A stretch of DNA of 64,000 nucleotides from Ministeria vibrans ATCC 50519 (Eukaryota > Protista > Filasterea), in NCBI GenBank assembly GCA_943704425.1, contig CALSCP010000388.1, positions 64,131 to 128,130 on the forward strand, given 5' to 3'. The notes below the pieces were generated by a model, which did not search any database, was not told the origin of the DNA, and saw nothing but the letters and a program-made list of their open reading frames with translations. The position numbers were made by a program, and so were the translations under genes. Shown here piece by piece: positions 17,896-31,300 of the stretch. Each line of letters starts with the position of its first letter. Position 1 is the stretch's first letter.

Positions 17896-18823
17896 TTATT
17901 GCTCCAAGATGTCGGGAAAGGTGACGGTAGAAATGCGAGAAGGAGGAGTGTTCGTATCAGGAGTGGGCGAGGGCAAGGTCCGCTTGAAGATAGAGGCAAG
18001 TTTGGAGCGCCTTGGCGGGGATGGGGAGGGCGGGTGGTCGGGGCAACTCTTTTGCGAGCGACCAAGCTTGCGGCGGAGCGACTGGAAGAAGCGCGGATTG
18101 GTGGAGCCGGAGACGGGCGAGGGAGCAGGCAAGGGTGGGCTGGATGAGGTGCAATGCAGGGAACTGGTCACCTGACTTGGGAGACTCATGGCGGGCGATG
18201 AACCCGTGCTGGCGGGTGAGCCGAGCTTTTTCTTGACATTTGTGCTCATCATGTCGGGCATTGTGGGATTGGACAGTGCGCGAAGACGCTGCGGTGCTTT
18301 GCGAGGGACTTTCTTGGGCTCACACCGACGGATCCGAGACGTGGGAGTCTCGGAAGTGGTGGACTTGAGCTTGTGACCGTCGTTCGTGCAAGTGGGCGAT
18401 GGTGATTGTGCGCGGCTTGATTTTGGAGGGGTGACTGTTAGCTGAGCAGGAAGCATCTGATGAAGCTGATGAGCAGCTTTGCATGAGGTTGGAGACGATT
18501 GCGACGACGTCGACGAGCAGCTAAAGCCTAGGGGGCTTGGGGTTTTGGGGGTTGCTGGCGCTGGTGGCGAGGGCGCAGGAATCACCTGCAAGGCGTCTTC
18601 CAGGTCGCCTGTGCTTGATGATTTTCTCATCGGCCTCGTCGTACTCACCACTTCTGACACGGGAACAGCCGCCACCGCATAGTCCTTGACAACTGGTTGT
18701 TCGCGCAGCAGTGTCACAGTTGCAGACACAATATCGTAGCGCGGATTCCGAAGTGCCTCAATCGTCTCCGCAGCGGAGAATCTAATATAAAAATAATAAT
18801 AATAATAATAAACGTTATTAGAC

Positions 18824-18871
<48 letters not shown>

Positions 18872-19181
18872 GGGATCAAATTAAAGTGCTTGCGTTACCC
18901 GAGAGCTTGCATGCGCTGAACAAGAAGTGGCTCGTCTTTCTCAGTAGGCATAATGTTGAGAGACATGGGGTCAACGTAAGGGCTCAGACGACACCAGTCT
19001 GTCTCGGGGCTCACCCATGGGTGGTCCATGAGGTCTCGCGCACTCGCTCGCCTCCTTGGATCCTTTTGGATCATTAAGCTGATCAAATGAGCTGCACCTG
19101 TGGCACACGCCATTAAGATAAAAACAACGATTATCAGTTGCTGCGTCGTAAATAATAACAATACAAAAATAGATTAATAAA

Positions 19182-19214
<33 letters not shown>

Positions 19215-21022
19215 CATAATTATTTTATTATTATTATTTTTATTCTTCTTCTATATATTTTTATTATTGGTTTTGTTGTTTAAAATTAATAATAATTATT
19301 GTTAATATGATACCTTCAGACACTGTGCTTGGCAGAGAGTACTTTGCTTTTGAGACCTTTTTCGTCAGTTCCTCAAGATTGTCTGAGTCAAACGGTCCTA
19401 CTCCCGTGAGAATCTTCACCAGCAACACACCTAGCGCCCAAATGTCAACCTACGACAAAGAGGAACTTGTAAATTATTTGACTTGACTATTGGTCTGAGA
19501 CTTACCGCGGGCCCAGTGTATTTTCTGCCCTCAAACAGCTCGGGACAGGCATGCGAAGGAGTCCCACAGCTCGTCAGTAGCATTTCTCCGTCACTGAAAC
19601 GCTTCGCGAACCCAAAATCGGCCAGTTTGACGTTCCCATCAGTGTCCACCAAAATGTTCTCAGGCTAATTATAAGTCCACAACATGAAACAATTTTGTCA
19701 TAATTATAATAAAAAAATAATAATAATAGCACGTACTTTGATGTCGCGATGGACAATATTGCGTGCGTGCAAATATTCGAGCGCACTGAGAACCTGTCGA
19801 AAATAGTGTCTCGCCTACATCAAAAAGTAACAATGTTAATAATAATAACAATAATAATAACAATAATATAATAATAATAACAACAATAATAATATAATAA
19901 TAAAAATTAATTATTAATGATACAGTCACCACGCGAAGATAATAATAGAAAAGGGATTAAGATGATTGTGGCTTACCTCGTCTTCGCCAAGAATTCCCCC
20001 TCGAATGACATGTGCAAGCTCAAGGCCTCCTTCCACCAGGTCCAGAACAAGGAAAAGTCGTTGGCTTGTCTGATAGACTTGAAGAATGCGCACAATGTGA
20101 GGATGACGCAGCATTTTCTAATAGTTTAAAAGTGTGGGAATGAAGTGGGAAGTTTTTTTTCAGTATTCTTCTCTTGACGTCAATTGACACTTCTGCCGTC
20201 GCTCTTGACTTTTCTGAATTTCTGTAATACCATGACGCGAACTTCTCGAATGTGATCCATGTGCGGCGTACGTGAGATCACTTTCAAAGCTACCTATATT
20301 GTTAACACATTTATTGGAAATTAAAAAAAAATTATTAAAATTAATTATTTTTAGTTTTTTAAAAAAGTTGTTTCTTCTATTTCACATTGTTCTAAATGCG
20401 ATGATCAGTATCTATCTTTGAGACTTGATAAATGATAATTGATGTACATGTACGGAAAGGTGCGGCGATATAGTATACGAGTATTGGCGGCAGAATAAAT
20501 ATGATAATCTCGCACCGTAAGCGAGATTTCCACCCCCAACGTTGATCGCCAAAAAGTGAGCGATTTTCTCACTTTCAGGGATAACCGCCCCGTCTGCTAC
20601 CATATTAATAGGGTGGATTAGGTGTCGAGGCAGCGGCGGAGCAAATCAAAGCAAAATTTGACGACGATAGATCGGAGCAAAAGTATCGCAGTCAAACGAA
20701 AGCAAAACGACGACTTGTCCGAAATCATTCCCCGCCAGCCGTTAAACCGCGATGAAAGAAGTTGAAATTGTATCAATCCTGAATGTATCATGCGCCAGAA
20801 ACGAGTCGATTTAAGCTGACGCGAATGCGAGAGAAGCGAAAACAAAAAAAAGAAGCGAGCGAAAAAGAAATCTTTTTGGCTTGAGTGAAAAGGTAGTTTG
20901 CCGTGTGTTTCGAGTGCACGTACGTCAAGCAGCGTGTAATCATGTCGGGCATGATACACTTTCGCAGTCGCGCCAGCCCCAAGAAGACGCACGACATTAT
21001 AGTCACCGACTTTACGGTTCAT
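17896..21022 (-). CDS. AMPK-related Ser/Thr kinase 2, tail-to-tail paralogue of kinase 1
   Basis: MNRKVGDYNVVRLLGAGATAKV, VALK, HRDIK|PEN, DFG, TSCGTPSHACPE, UBA-like LLVQRMQALG-FSAAETIEAL...SATVTLL; intron positions shared with kinase 1. Confidence 0.92.
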
Positions 21023-21788
21023 GGGCAGAATTTGGCGCAGGGTTTGTTGAAGGTTTGTTTTGAGTTGTGTATGTGGCGCCGCTGACGTATTCGGTTGTGT
21101 TTCGTGTGACGTGGGTATCAGCGACCAGCGTGTGTAACAAAACTGATAGTAAATGGGGCGAGAAGATTCAAGATTGAGAGAAAAAAGTGAAAGTAGAAAA
21201 AAGCTAAAAAAGCTAATAATAATTATTTTTTTAAAAAACAACAAAAGTGAAATATCAGCTCCTGAGTTTTAGAGTCTTGCCGTTAGGACCCACTTTGGCC
21301 GCGGTAGACGCTGAATATTTCTTTGACATGGTCAATGTGCTGATTAGCAATCTTTGCCCTTCTACACGAAGTTTCAGGTTCGATTTCGTTTCAGTGACGT
21401 CTTTCATTATAACTCCCGTGAGAAACTGGTTGTCAGTCACCGACAGACGTACATATGTCGTTTATTCGGTGCCGTATCACGTTTGGACAAAGGTTGTGTG
21501 TTGATTCTGCGCATGCGCGACGGCAGCCAGTGCGCATGGAGTGGTGCACATGGGAAATTGAGGTTTGGAATAAAATTTGTATGCTACACTTGTGCCGAAA
21601 AATCTTGGCAGATGGAAGTTACGACTGAGATCGTTCGTTTCAATTCATATTACTTCTTTGCGCTAGCCGAGTTAGTGATAGTGGCTTTATAGATTGTTTA
21701 CTACCCTGAATCCAGTCTGACCGTCTTGTCCGTCTGGTGTATCAATTGTCAGGATAGAATCAGCAGCTGAAAATTCCCCATTTTAAAA

Positions 21789-22640
21789 ATGACTGCCAAA
21801 GTCGGGCGGTATCAGTTAAAGACCAAGGGTATTGCCTCAGGTGCCAATGGATCTGTGCACGAGGCAGTAAACGTGGACAACGGGAACCTGGTAAGCAACG
21901 TAGTGTTCGTTTGTTCGCTTCATTTTCTTGCGTGTCGCTGTCGTCCATCTGATCCAGGGACAGATCTATGGCTGATCGTCCCATAGCACACGGGAGGCGG
22001 ACAATGCCCATCCCCCATCCCCTCTTTGACTACTTTAGTACTTCCTGCTCTGAATTATGGCCTCGCGCCTCGTGCCTCGCGACCTTGGGTGTCAAAATGT
22101 CACCGCAACGTTTCGTCGACTTTTCTTTTAAACTCCGTCGGAAGGAATCGGCTTGTGTCCACAGTCCAATGCGGACTCTCCGACGCAATGCGACACGGAT
22201 GAACATGTTGTATATGTACTGTTGCTCGAGCGACGTTTGCAACGGGCGCTTGTGGATCGTGTCAGGACGGCGTTCGTTTATTTGATGTCTGACTAACATT
22301 TTTTTTATTTTTATTCTTATTTTGCCTGTTTTAGGTTGCGATTAAAATCGTTAAAAATCGTAAGAACGACCCCAACGCTCGCAAAACATGCGCCCGAGAA
22401 TCGACAGTGCTTCGACGACTTGCTCACCCTCATGTGATTCGTCTGCTTGACGTCGTGGAGACGCGGGATGCCGCCTACCTCGTGACGGACCTAATTCCCA
22501 ACGGCAGAAATCTGACGTCGCTACTGCTGTCACAGCCATGCCATCGTTTGCGCGAGCTGACCGCCCGCAAACTCTTCCGCCAGTGTCTCAGTGCCATTGA
22601 CTATTGTCATCGTGTTGGCGTTGTTCACCGGGACCTTAAA
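21789..22640 (+). CDS. AMPK-related kinase 3, N-terminal half only (Gly-loop to HRDLK); truncated at poly-T and N gap
   Basis: IASGANGSV, VAIK, HPHVIRLLDV, HRDLK, then donor GTACGA at 22641 running into poly-T and N 22683-22690. Confidence 0.88.
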
Positions 22641-22682
22641 GTACGAACGTGCGTCTTTTGTTTTTTTTTTTTTTTTTTTTTT

Positions 22683-22690
22683 NNNNNNNN
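22683..22690. other. Assembly gap next to poly-T, truncating kinase 3
   Basis: 8 Ns. Confidence 0.98.
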
Positions 22691-22756
22691 CTTTGTAAAC
22701 TTTTCACAGTTTAATCTCTGAGTTCTCTCACTTCATTTAACGTTATTAAAAAAAGA

Positions 22757-23498
22757 ATGCCGTGCTTGAGGTGGACGTACGTCTTGATCTTGATCGGTAC
22801 GGCAGCGCTGGTCGGGAGCGAGTCCAGCAGCGACCTGCCGGTGGCGTCGCGCGACGAACTCGTCCGCGCATACAATGGCAAATACTCGCGCTTCCTTGCG
22901 CTGCTCATGCCCTGCGCCAACACCCATCTCATTGGCATTGTGGCCAACCTACGCCTTCAGTTGCCCTATGTGAAGGTACTCCCGCGACCCCACGCGACTC
23001 ACGACGCGCTCTGTCAGCAGAGCACTTTATATATATACCATTCGTTTCAAATCTGCAGAGGAATCTGAAGAATGGACAAACCCATCTCACTGTCTCACTT
23101 AGGTGTTCGCGGTGAACAACAGCGACCTGCAAACAATCACGATGGCGACGGACGGGATGAATATCACCGAGGGGGTCATCGTGCACAAGCGAGCGGAGGC
23201 GGCGCTTGAGATTTATGCGTCGCCGCGACTCAGCGAAGATGTGCTGGGGACGCTGGGGAGGACGGGCGTGTATGATCCCGACGGCAAGCTGGGCAAGACG
23301 GAGGAGAGTCGTGTGCGAGCGGAAAAGGAGAAGGAGAAGGAGGAGAAGAGAAAGCGCAAGGGCAAGAACAACAACAGCAAGAAGAAGAAGAAGAGCAACA
23401 ACAGCAAGACGTGCAAGAGCAAAGGAGACAAGACAGGCACTGCCACCATGTGTCGCAACGCAACGCCCTTTGATCGCTATCGGAAAAAGAGCCCCTAA
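22757..23498 (+). CDS. Uncharacterised protein with signal peptide and Lys-rich C-terminus (2 exons)
   Basis: Hydrophobic leader WTYVLILIGTAALVG; intron ~22976-23103 joins ORFs 22757 and 23103 in frame; K-rich tail. Confidence 0.6.
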
Positions 23499-23598
23499 TT
23501 CTTTTCTCTGACATGAATATGTGACTTGGTAGTTGTCTCATACATACATACAGTATACTAATAATATCATAATAATGATGTACAAGGAGGACGTTTCT

Positions 23599-24724
23599 TT
23601 ACTCGGGGTACGGGTCGTCCAAGGGCACATGACACTCGGCCTGAGCCAGAATCTACTTGAACAAGCAGAGTCAATACACTGTTGTTCACAGCACAGTTCT
23701 ACTGGACCTTGCGAGCGTGCGGTACGCGATTGATGAGCATGGTGGCGAAGAGGCGCGCGGCCGTGTCGGGCGAGACGGGCGCATCAAGCAGATGGCGCGT
23801 GCGCAAGTGCTCGAGCGTCACTGCAACGCTCACACCGACATTGAAGGACTGTGTCAGGCCACTCATCGGTATTTTGTAGTGGATGTCGGCTGGAAGAGTG
23901 AGAAATATCAAAAGGTGCAGCACGACGGAATCAACGAGGGGGTGGAGAAAGAGGCAGGTAAGAATGTCAAATGAATGAGTTAAATGACACAATATGTCAA
24001 ACGTCGAGCATTGCAATGGTACCTGCTTGCGTGAATTCGGCACTGACTCCTTCAACTTCGTTGCCCACCACGAAGGCCAAGGGCCGTCTGTCCCGCAGCT
24101 TGCTCACCATATCGTCGAGCGAGACCGACTCGTGCGTCAGGTGGGCCACACACACCGTGTACCTTCTTCGGCGCAACTCTTCAATGCACGCTTGGCTCTT
24201 TTGGTGCAGGTGGACTCCGAGTGCACCTATGATCATGGATCAGAGGACTCAAGCATGACTACAATCGTGAAAGTACTTACTCTCGGCTCCCATGGACGTG
24301 CGAAAGGGATGCACTGTAGGAATTTCATTTTGAAGGGCCACGACGTGGACATCGCCGACTCCTATGTGTCGCGACAGCAGTGAGGGCCCGAATGCGAAAG
24401 GATCAGATATTCAGATGTAGTACCGTATCCGTCGCATGTTCGCATGATCGCACCAATGTTATCGAAAGATTGAACATTGTCAAGCACCACGCGGGTTTGT
24501 ATTCTCCGCTGGGCTGCCTAGGAGAACGAGAGCGAGAGAGAGAGCGAGAGAGAAATTGAGAATGAGAGGCGTTTTCCATTTGTCCTTTTGGGTACCGCTC
24601 GCAGCTTCTCCAGGCGCGCTGTTGATGAAAACGGAGCCAATATATCAATAGCTCGAACCCAGTGATTCAATCCACCCATGGTATGTGCAGTATTGGTTGA
24701 ATGTGAGTAAGTTGGATTGATCAT
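23599..24724 (-). CDS. trmH: SpoU/TrmH family tRNA 2'-O-methyltransferase, stand-alone bacterial-type architecture (multi-exon)
   Basis: SPOUT motif 1 VVLDNVQSFDNIGAIMRTCDGYG, motif 2 AFVVGNEVEGVS, motif 3 IPMSGLTQSFNVGVSVAV. Confidence 0.85.
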
Positions 24725-24919
24725 TCCTTTGATTCCTTCAGTCCTTCACCTTTCACATTTCACTCTCTTTGACTAATCACACTTTTTAATTTCCTTCTGT
24801 TGAATCAGCACCCCATTCGTACGAAACGGTTCCTCTCTACTGTGCCCTTGACTACTGTGCCCTTGACCATTCAGCGCCAATATATCAACTCCCTTAAATT
24901 TTTTGTGTTTTTTCAGAGA

Positions 24920-26224
24920 ATGGGCGGAGGAGATATTCAATCGGAAGTTCAAAAGGGCAAATTGGTGCCACTGGCTGACTTAAGCGAACTGGATCTACTT
25001 GCGAATAGGTATACCTGCTGTACCAGGCTATCCTGGCCTGTCGATTTCCACGTTACATGCTGACAAGCACTGACGTGGACGTTTTTTTTAACTCTCTCTC
25101 TCTCTCGCTCTTTCTCTCTCGCTCTCGCTCTTAGCCAGCTCAGTGAGTCTCAGGTGGACTTGCAACGTTGGGTCATTCTTGAGGACGACGTTGTGAGCGA
25201 GGAAGAAGAGGGTGTCCAGGAGGAGGAAGACACAGAGGAGAGTGACGCAAGTTCAGGCAAGGTTGCGGTCGAGGAAGGCGCTGACAGCCGTACTGCCGTG
25301 GCCACTGACGCCTCCTGCACCACCCACGACAATGCCAGTGGAGTTGTCGACGACATTGCTCCGTCTGCGCTTGCCGATAGCTGCCCCGCTGTACCCACTG
25401 GCTCAACTGCCACCTCATGTGTTTCTCCGCTCACAACAAAGGAGACTGCCAGCCGCATTGGCTGCGACCTACCTCAAGTCAATCACAACAACAGCAACAA
25501 CAACAACCAGATCATTCCTTACCAGTCTCCCACTCCTACGCTTCGGGAGACTCTTCGCCAGCGCACCTACCGACCCACCACATCGGCTCCACCACAGCGT
25601 GTTCAGGTGCAGCGCTCCATTCTTTCAACGACGGCAACAAACGCACCCAGCGATAGATTCCGCAGGCACTTTATGCGCACCATCTCGCGAGCACGTCCCT
25701 ATGGACGCCTGTATGTTGTGGTGGGCGCTGTCTCGCTTATTGCGCTCTTCATGGGCGTTGCTCTGCACCAGCGCGCCTCCATCACGCATCAGCAGCGCGA
25801 ACTGGACCAGCTACGGTTTCAGCTGGGCAATGTCCAGCAGGCCTACGAGGAAGAGGTTGCGCTGCGCTCGCAGGAGCACACCCTTCGACGCTCATGCAAC
25901 ATGGAGCGTGAGGAGAGCCGACACAAAGTGAAGCTGCTCAATGAGGCGCTCGAGAAGGAAAGAGAGTTGCTCAAGGAGTCACAAGCATCGCGTCGCTCGC
26001 TCTCCTCTTGTCGCCTTGCTTACGAGCAGCTTGCCAGCGACACCCTCGACGAGCTCATTGCCCAATTCAATCTGCTTGCGGAGCACATTGCGCGACGAAG
26101 TCCTGATCGTCTGAGCAAGCTCATGTCCGAGCTTGCCACCAAGCCAGTTGTCAATAGCATCCTTCAAGGGTCTCGCAAGCTCAGCAAGACGGTGAAGGGT
26201 CTCGTCCGCTCCATCATGAAATAA
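24920..26224 (+). CDS. Single-pass membrane protein: acidic disordered N-terminus, TM, C-terminal coiled coil
   Basis: Exon 1 from ATG 24920, intron ~25009-25134, TM LYVVVGAVSLIALFMGVAL, heptads downstream. Confidence 0.65.
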
Positions 26225-26312
26225 AAAAATATTATCATTATTAATTTGAAGTCCATTTGAAGTTGATTAAATTTTTTTTATTTTCTTTATTATTATTATT
26301 ATTATTATTATT

Positions 26313-27774
26313 ATGCGCCCGGTGCGTTGTGTGAGTTGTCGGTGCGTGGTGAGAACCGTCGCCGTGGCTGCATCGGTCGCGGTTCTCCTCCTCGCACCCT
26401 TCTTCTTCACCGATCATCTGCATGCACTTTCTACTCTTCATGTGTCACACGTACAACGCCCATCGGGGCTCATTCCATCCTTAGAGGGGCGCTCCGGCGA
26501 TCGCGAGTCACATGAACGACTGTCGGAGTTGGGTACTTTTGAAAAAAATTCCTTTCAATCAGTGTCACTGACGTGTGCACGTCGCTGACGTACGCGTAGA
26601 GGCTCCTGCCGACGCACTGATAGCTACAAGTACTGCTGCGTCGAAGCAAACATTTAAGTGGGGGGAAAGACGTTGCTCTTCAGGCTGGATGGCGACGCAC
26701 GGTGGTCGCTGGATGAACGACACGACTTTTCAGACCTCCACCGACTGTGTGCTTCCGAGCCTGTCTGAAACGGCGCGCACGCTGATGTCTCTTGCGCGCA
26801 ACGCTAACGCTGCCAACAGCCGTCGTGTTCGCCTTGCATTTCTGGGTGACAGTCAGAGTGCAAGATACTATGGTGAGGTTTTGAAAGAGCTTCGGGTGAT
26901 TTGTGATGGGCGTCTGGAGCGCGCGAAGGAGCGTGTGGACACTGGCCGGTGCAACAAGACTCTATATTTTGGACTGCAACCCTCATCTGTGTATGGGCTG
27001 CCTGCTGACGAGTGGATTGCGCACATTCGGCGTGTCCCCGGTCGTGGTCCCGCGTCATTTGGACTCATGAATCGCGGCTGCTCCGATTGTAATTTGTGTA
27101 GCGGCGAGCTTTGGTCGACTGAGCGTCGCGACCCAAGCGCGCCCGTCTTTGAGCTCGAGTTTATTCCCGTCGAGTTTGCATTGGACATTGAGCAAGTGGC
27201 GAGTGTGTTTGGCGAATCGACACAGGACACTGTCGCCTACTACTTCTGCCACAACGTGACAGGAGCGTGTGTGCAACGGCGTGCACAGCCGCGACCAGAT
27301 CACGAATTTGAAGGCAAGCAAGAGAAGAGTCTGCTCTTTGTGGTGTGGAACACGGGCTTGCACGACCGTGTCGTACCATCGTACACCAAAGAGCTGTATA
27401 CCAAGAATGTGCTGGACGCCATTCACAAGTTTTACGCGTCGGGTGCCAGCAGCGTCTCCTTCATCCACACCACTGCCACATGTGACGCTCGCCATCCCGA
27501 GCGCTATCGCGAAAAAATCAAGGGCCGCGACAACCTCAACATATTTCAAATGAACGTCGCGCTGCATCATGCGCTGGCCATCGAGCGAGCGACGGATGAT
27601 TCGCTGCGGCGACTGCGTGTCCCTCAAGTCGATGCCTTTGCTCTCTCGGCTGGTCCCTACTTGTACCAACATCACGACGATGGCGTCCACGTCACTACCT
27701 CCGTCGCCCGTCTCATTGCGTCTGCCGCCCTCATTGATGTCGTCAATGCGCTCGCTAAGAGCCAACGTATCTAA
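26313..27774 (+). CDS. Type II membrane SGNH-fold O-acetyltransferase/esterase (TBL/PC-esterase/Cas1-like)
   Basis: Signal anchor VAVAASVAVLLLAPFFF; LAFLGDS; WNTGLHD; terminal DGVH (DxxH). Confidence 0.78.
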
Positions 27775-28083
27775 GTTATCAGTTATGTGTATTATGTATG
27801 AGAAGTAAATAAGACACGAATGTGTGAAGAATGTTAGACCTAAATCCAGTAATTCACCTGTTCACTTACGCTTCTGTTAACGTACGTTGAACGGTTGGGG
27901 ACTTGTCACTTGGGAGTTACTCTAGTCTCTATGGCGGAAGCATTGCGTTACATATTACTCTATGTGTATTAGTACTTTTTTTCGAACTTTATTCTTCCTC
28001 TCAGTCGTTGATCTAACATGAAACTTCTTTCTTCATCTTTTTTTGCTGCTCAATACATCTCGGGTTGAAGAGCAGCGGCAACC

Positions 28084-28318
28084 ATGTCATTCTGGGACTC
28101 GATGAACTCTATCTCGTCGAATCTACAGAGTAAGCTCGAGAGCATTGTGGACGACAAGCCGTCGAGTGCGCTGCGAGAGAAGCCTGCCGACCGCGACCCG
28201 CCATCGTCGCACACCAGCAGTGCACAGCCGACTGCCAGCGAATCAGAGGTAAGAGCGCGCCGATGGACGAGTGGCGTGGAACTGTCTACTTTTCTCACTT
28301 ACTCTCTCTATCGCTCTC

Positions 28319-28357
<39 letters not shown>

Positions 28358-31300
28358 GTTCGCAGATCGCCTCGCTTCGCGCGCAGAATGAAGAGCTCAG
28401 GCGCACAGTCGGGGAATCCGAGAAGCAGATGAAGGTCGTGCTGCAGCAGTACCATGACGCTGTGAGCGTCACTGCCACCCAACAGGTAAAAAGCCAAAAT
28501 CACATCAGCTCAACTTTTTTTTTTTTTTTTTCTGACTTTTGCTTCTTTCAGAGTTCCGACTCGGAGCTTGCGTCGGAAGTGGCGCGTCTCAAGGCACAGA
28601 TTGCGGAGAACAACACGCGCGGCGAGGAGAAGTTCAACAAGCTGAAGATGCAGGCCAAGTCGAAGATTGGGGCTCTTCAGCGTGCGCTTGAGACTGCCGA
28701 GGCGCAGGTGGCTGCTGCTGCTCCTGCTGCTGCTGCTGCTGATGTTGATGGTGTTGCTGCACCAGGCGATGACGCTGCCTTCGTGCAGTTGCGTGACGAG
28801 CTCGATGCGACGCAACAAGCTCTTGTGGCTCAGCGCGCCAAGACGCAAGCTGCCGAGTCGCTAGTGAAGGAGATGGAGCAGAAGATGCAGACGAGTGGAG
28901 GGACGGCGACGGATGTCGAAGATCGCGAAGAAGAAATTGCTGAGCTTCAAGAGGCACTTGACAAAGCAGACGCGCTTGCGAGCGAACGGGCGCGCACGAT
29001 CAAGGAACTGCAGAGCAACCTGAACGACACACACTCTCATGTGGCACAGCTTGAGAGTGATGCAAGCGAGGTGGCAGCTTTACGTACACGAGTGAGCGAG
29101 CTGGAACAGACGCGCGACCGTCTGGCGGCCGTGATTGCTCCGCATGACGACGATGAAGAAGAGAGCAGCTCAGCGAACGAAACTGTGTCGCGACTGCAAA
29201 CCGAGTTGGGCGATGCCGAACGAGCAGCGGCTGCTCTTCAGCTGGAGTTGGAGGCGCTTCGCGAGCGCCTGGCGAGCAGTACCGCCGAGCATGTTGCTGC
29301 TCAAGGACAATTGGCTGCGTTGCAGTTGCAACTAGATGAGGTCCGCTCAAGCGCATCGAATGAACTGGAAGCGGAGCGCGGGCGCGCCGAATTGCAGCGC
29401 CAACAGGCAGAGAAGCAAGTGGAGCAAGTGCAACGCGAACTTGAAGAGGTACAGGCGGAGTTGCGAGTGGCAAAGGAACATGCGGTCGTGGCGACTGTGC
29501 AGGTTGACGCGGCGCCTGTGTTGGACGCAGAAAAGCGTGTTGTGGCGGCCGAGACACGTGTGGCAGAGGCGGAAGAACGAGCGGTGAGTGCTGAGGCGCG
29601 CGCCGTTGATGCTGAGGAGCGTCTAGTGTCTGCAAAGAGGCAACTGAGCGATGCGGAAGAGCACTTCAAGGCGCAGGTGTCAAGCCAAGTGGAGACGACT
29701 CAAGCGCAACTCACGAGTGCGGAGGAGCGGGCTGCAAGTGCAGAAAAACAGATCAGCGCACTTCAGGCACAAGTGACGGAGGCGGAGGGACGAGCGAGAG
29801 CGAGTGCGACAACTCAACTGACGGAGGCTGAAGAAAGAGCCGTGAGTGCAGAGGAAAAGATCAGCACACTTCAGGCACAAGTGGCGGAGGCAGTGGAGCG
29901 GGCCGCAAGTGCTTCAGCTCAACTGACAGAGGCAGAGGAGCGAGCTGCGAGTGCAGAGGAACGGATCAGCACACTTCAGGCACAAGTGGCGGAGGCAGTG
30001 GAGCGGGCCGCGAGCGCTACAACACAATTGTCGGAGGCGGAAGAAAGAGCTACGAATGCAGCGGAACAGATCAGCGCACTTCAGGCACAAGTGACGGAGG
30101 CAGTGGAGCGGACCGCGAGCGCTACAACACAATTGTCGGAGGCAGAGGGGCGAGCTGCGAGTGCAGAGGAACGGATCAGCACACTTCAGGCACAAGTGAC
30201 GGAGGCAGTGGAGCGAGCTGCGAGTGCTACAACACAATTGTCGGAGGCAGAGGAGCGAGCTGCGAGTGCAGAGGAACGGATCAGCACACTTCAGGCACAA
30301 GTGACGGAGGCAGTGGAGCGAGCTGCGAGTGCTACAACACAATTGTCGGAGGCGGAAGAAAGAGCTACGAATGCAGAGGAGCAAATCAGCGCACTTCAGA
30401 CACAAGTGGCGGAGCGGGCCGCAAGTGCTGCAACTCAACTGACAGAGGCAGAGGAGCGAGCTGCGAGTGCGGAGGAACAAATCAGCGCACTTCAGACGCA
30501 AGTGACGGGTGCGGTGGAGCGGGTCGCGAGTGCGACAACACAACTGTCGGAGGCGGAAGAACGAGCTGCGAGTGCTACAACTCAACTGACAGAGGCGGAG
30601 GAACGAGCCGCGAGTGCAGAGGAACGGCTCAACGTGCTACAGAGTCAGCTGAGTGCGTCATTAGAGCGCGTTGAATCAGCGGAACGTCTGGCTTTGAAGG
30701 CAGAAGAGCGGGCGACTCGGGTTGAGTCGAGTGTTGGAAATGATCTGCGTGAGGCACTGGACGCGGCTCAGAGCCAAAGCAAGGCGCTTGAGGCGCGCCT
30801 ACAACAGGCAGAGGCTCGGTGTTTGGACACGGAAGCACGTATGCGCGAAGAGGCAGAATTGCTTCAGACCCAACTGAGAGCAAGTGAGGAGCGTGTCGTG
30901 GCGCTGTCGTCACTTGAGGAGCGCCTGTACGCGGCGGACGAGGCGCGGGCGGCGGCAGTGGATCGCGAAAAAGAAAGGAGTGCTGAGCTGGGATCGGCGC
31001 AAGAACGACTGGCACAATTGGAGACGCAGCTGCACGAGACGCGCGAGGGGGAGGGAACCCAACTGCGTGAGGTGCAACAAGAGCTTCAACAGGAAAGGCA
31101 TTGTCTGACTGAGGCGCAAGAGAAGCTGGCGGCGGCCGAGGCGCGTGTGTGGGAGCTTGAAGACCAGCGAGACTCGACCGAGAGTCTTTTTGAGCAGCGC
31201 ATCGCCGCAGTGCAAGGCGATCTGGAGGCAGAACGTGCGTCGTCGGCCGTCAAGCTCGCCAATGAGGTTGGCGCTGTGACCGAGAACCTCGAGGGTGTGC

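Noticed and set aside
29700-30630. Regularly spaced repeats as a CRISPR-like array
   Set aside because: In-frame coding tandem repeat without unique spacers, in a eukaryotic gene.
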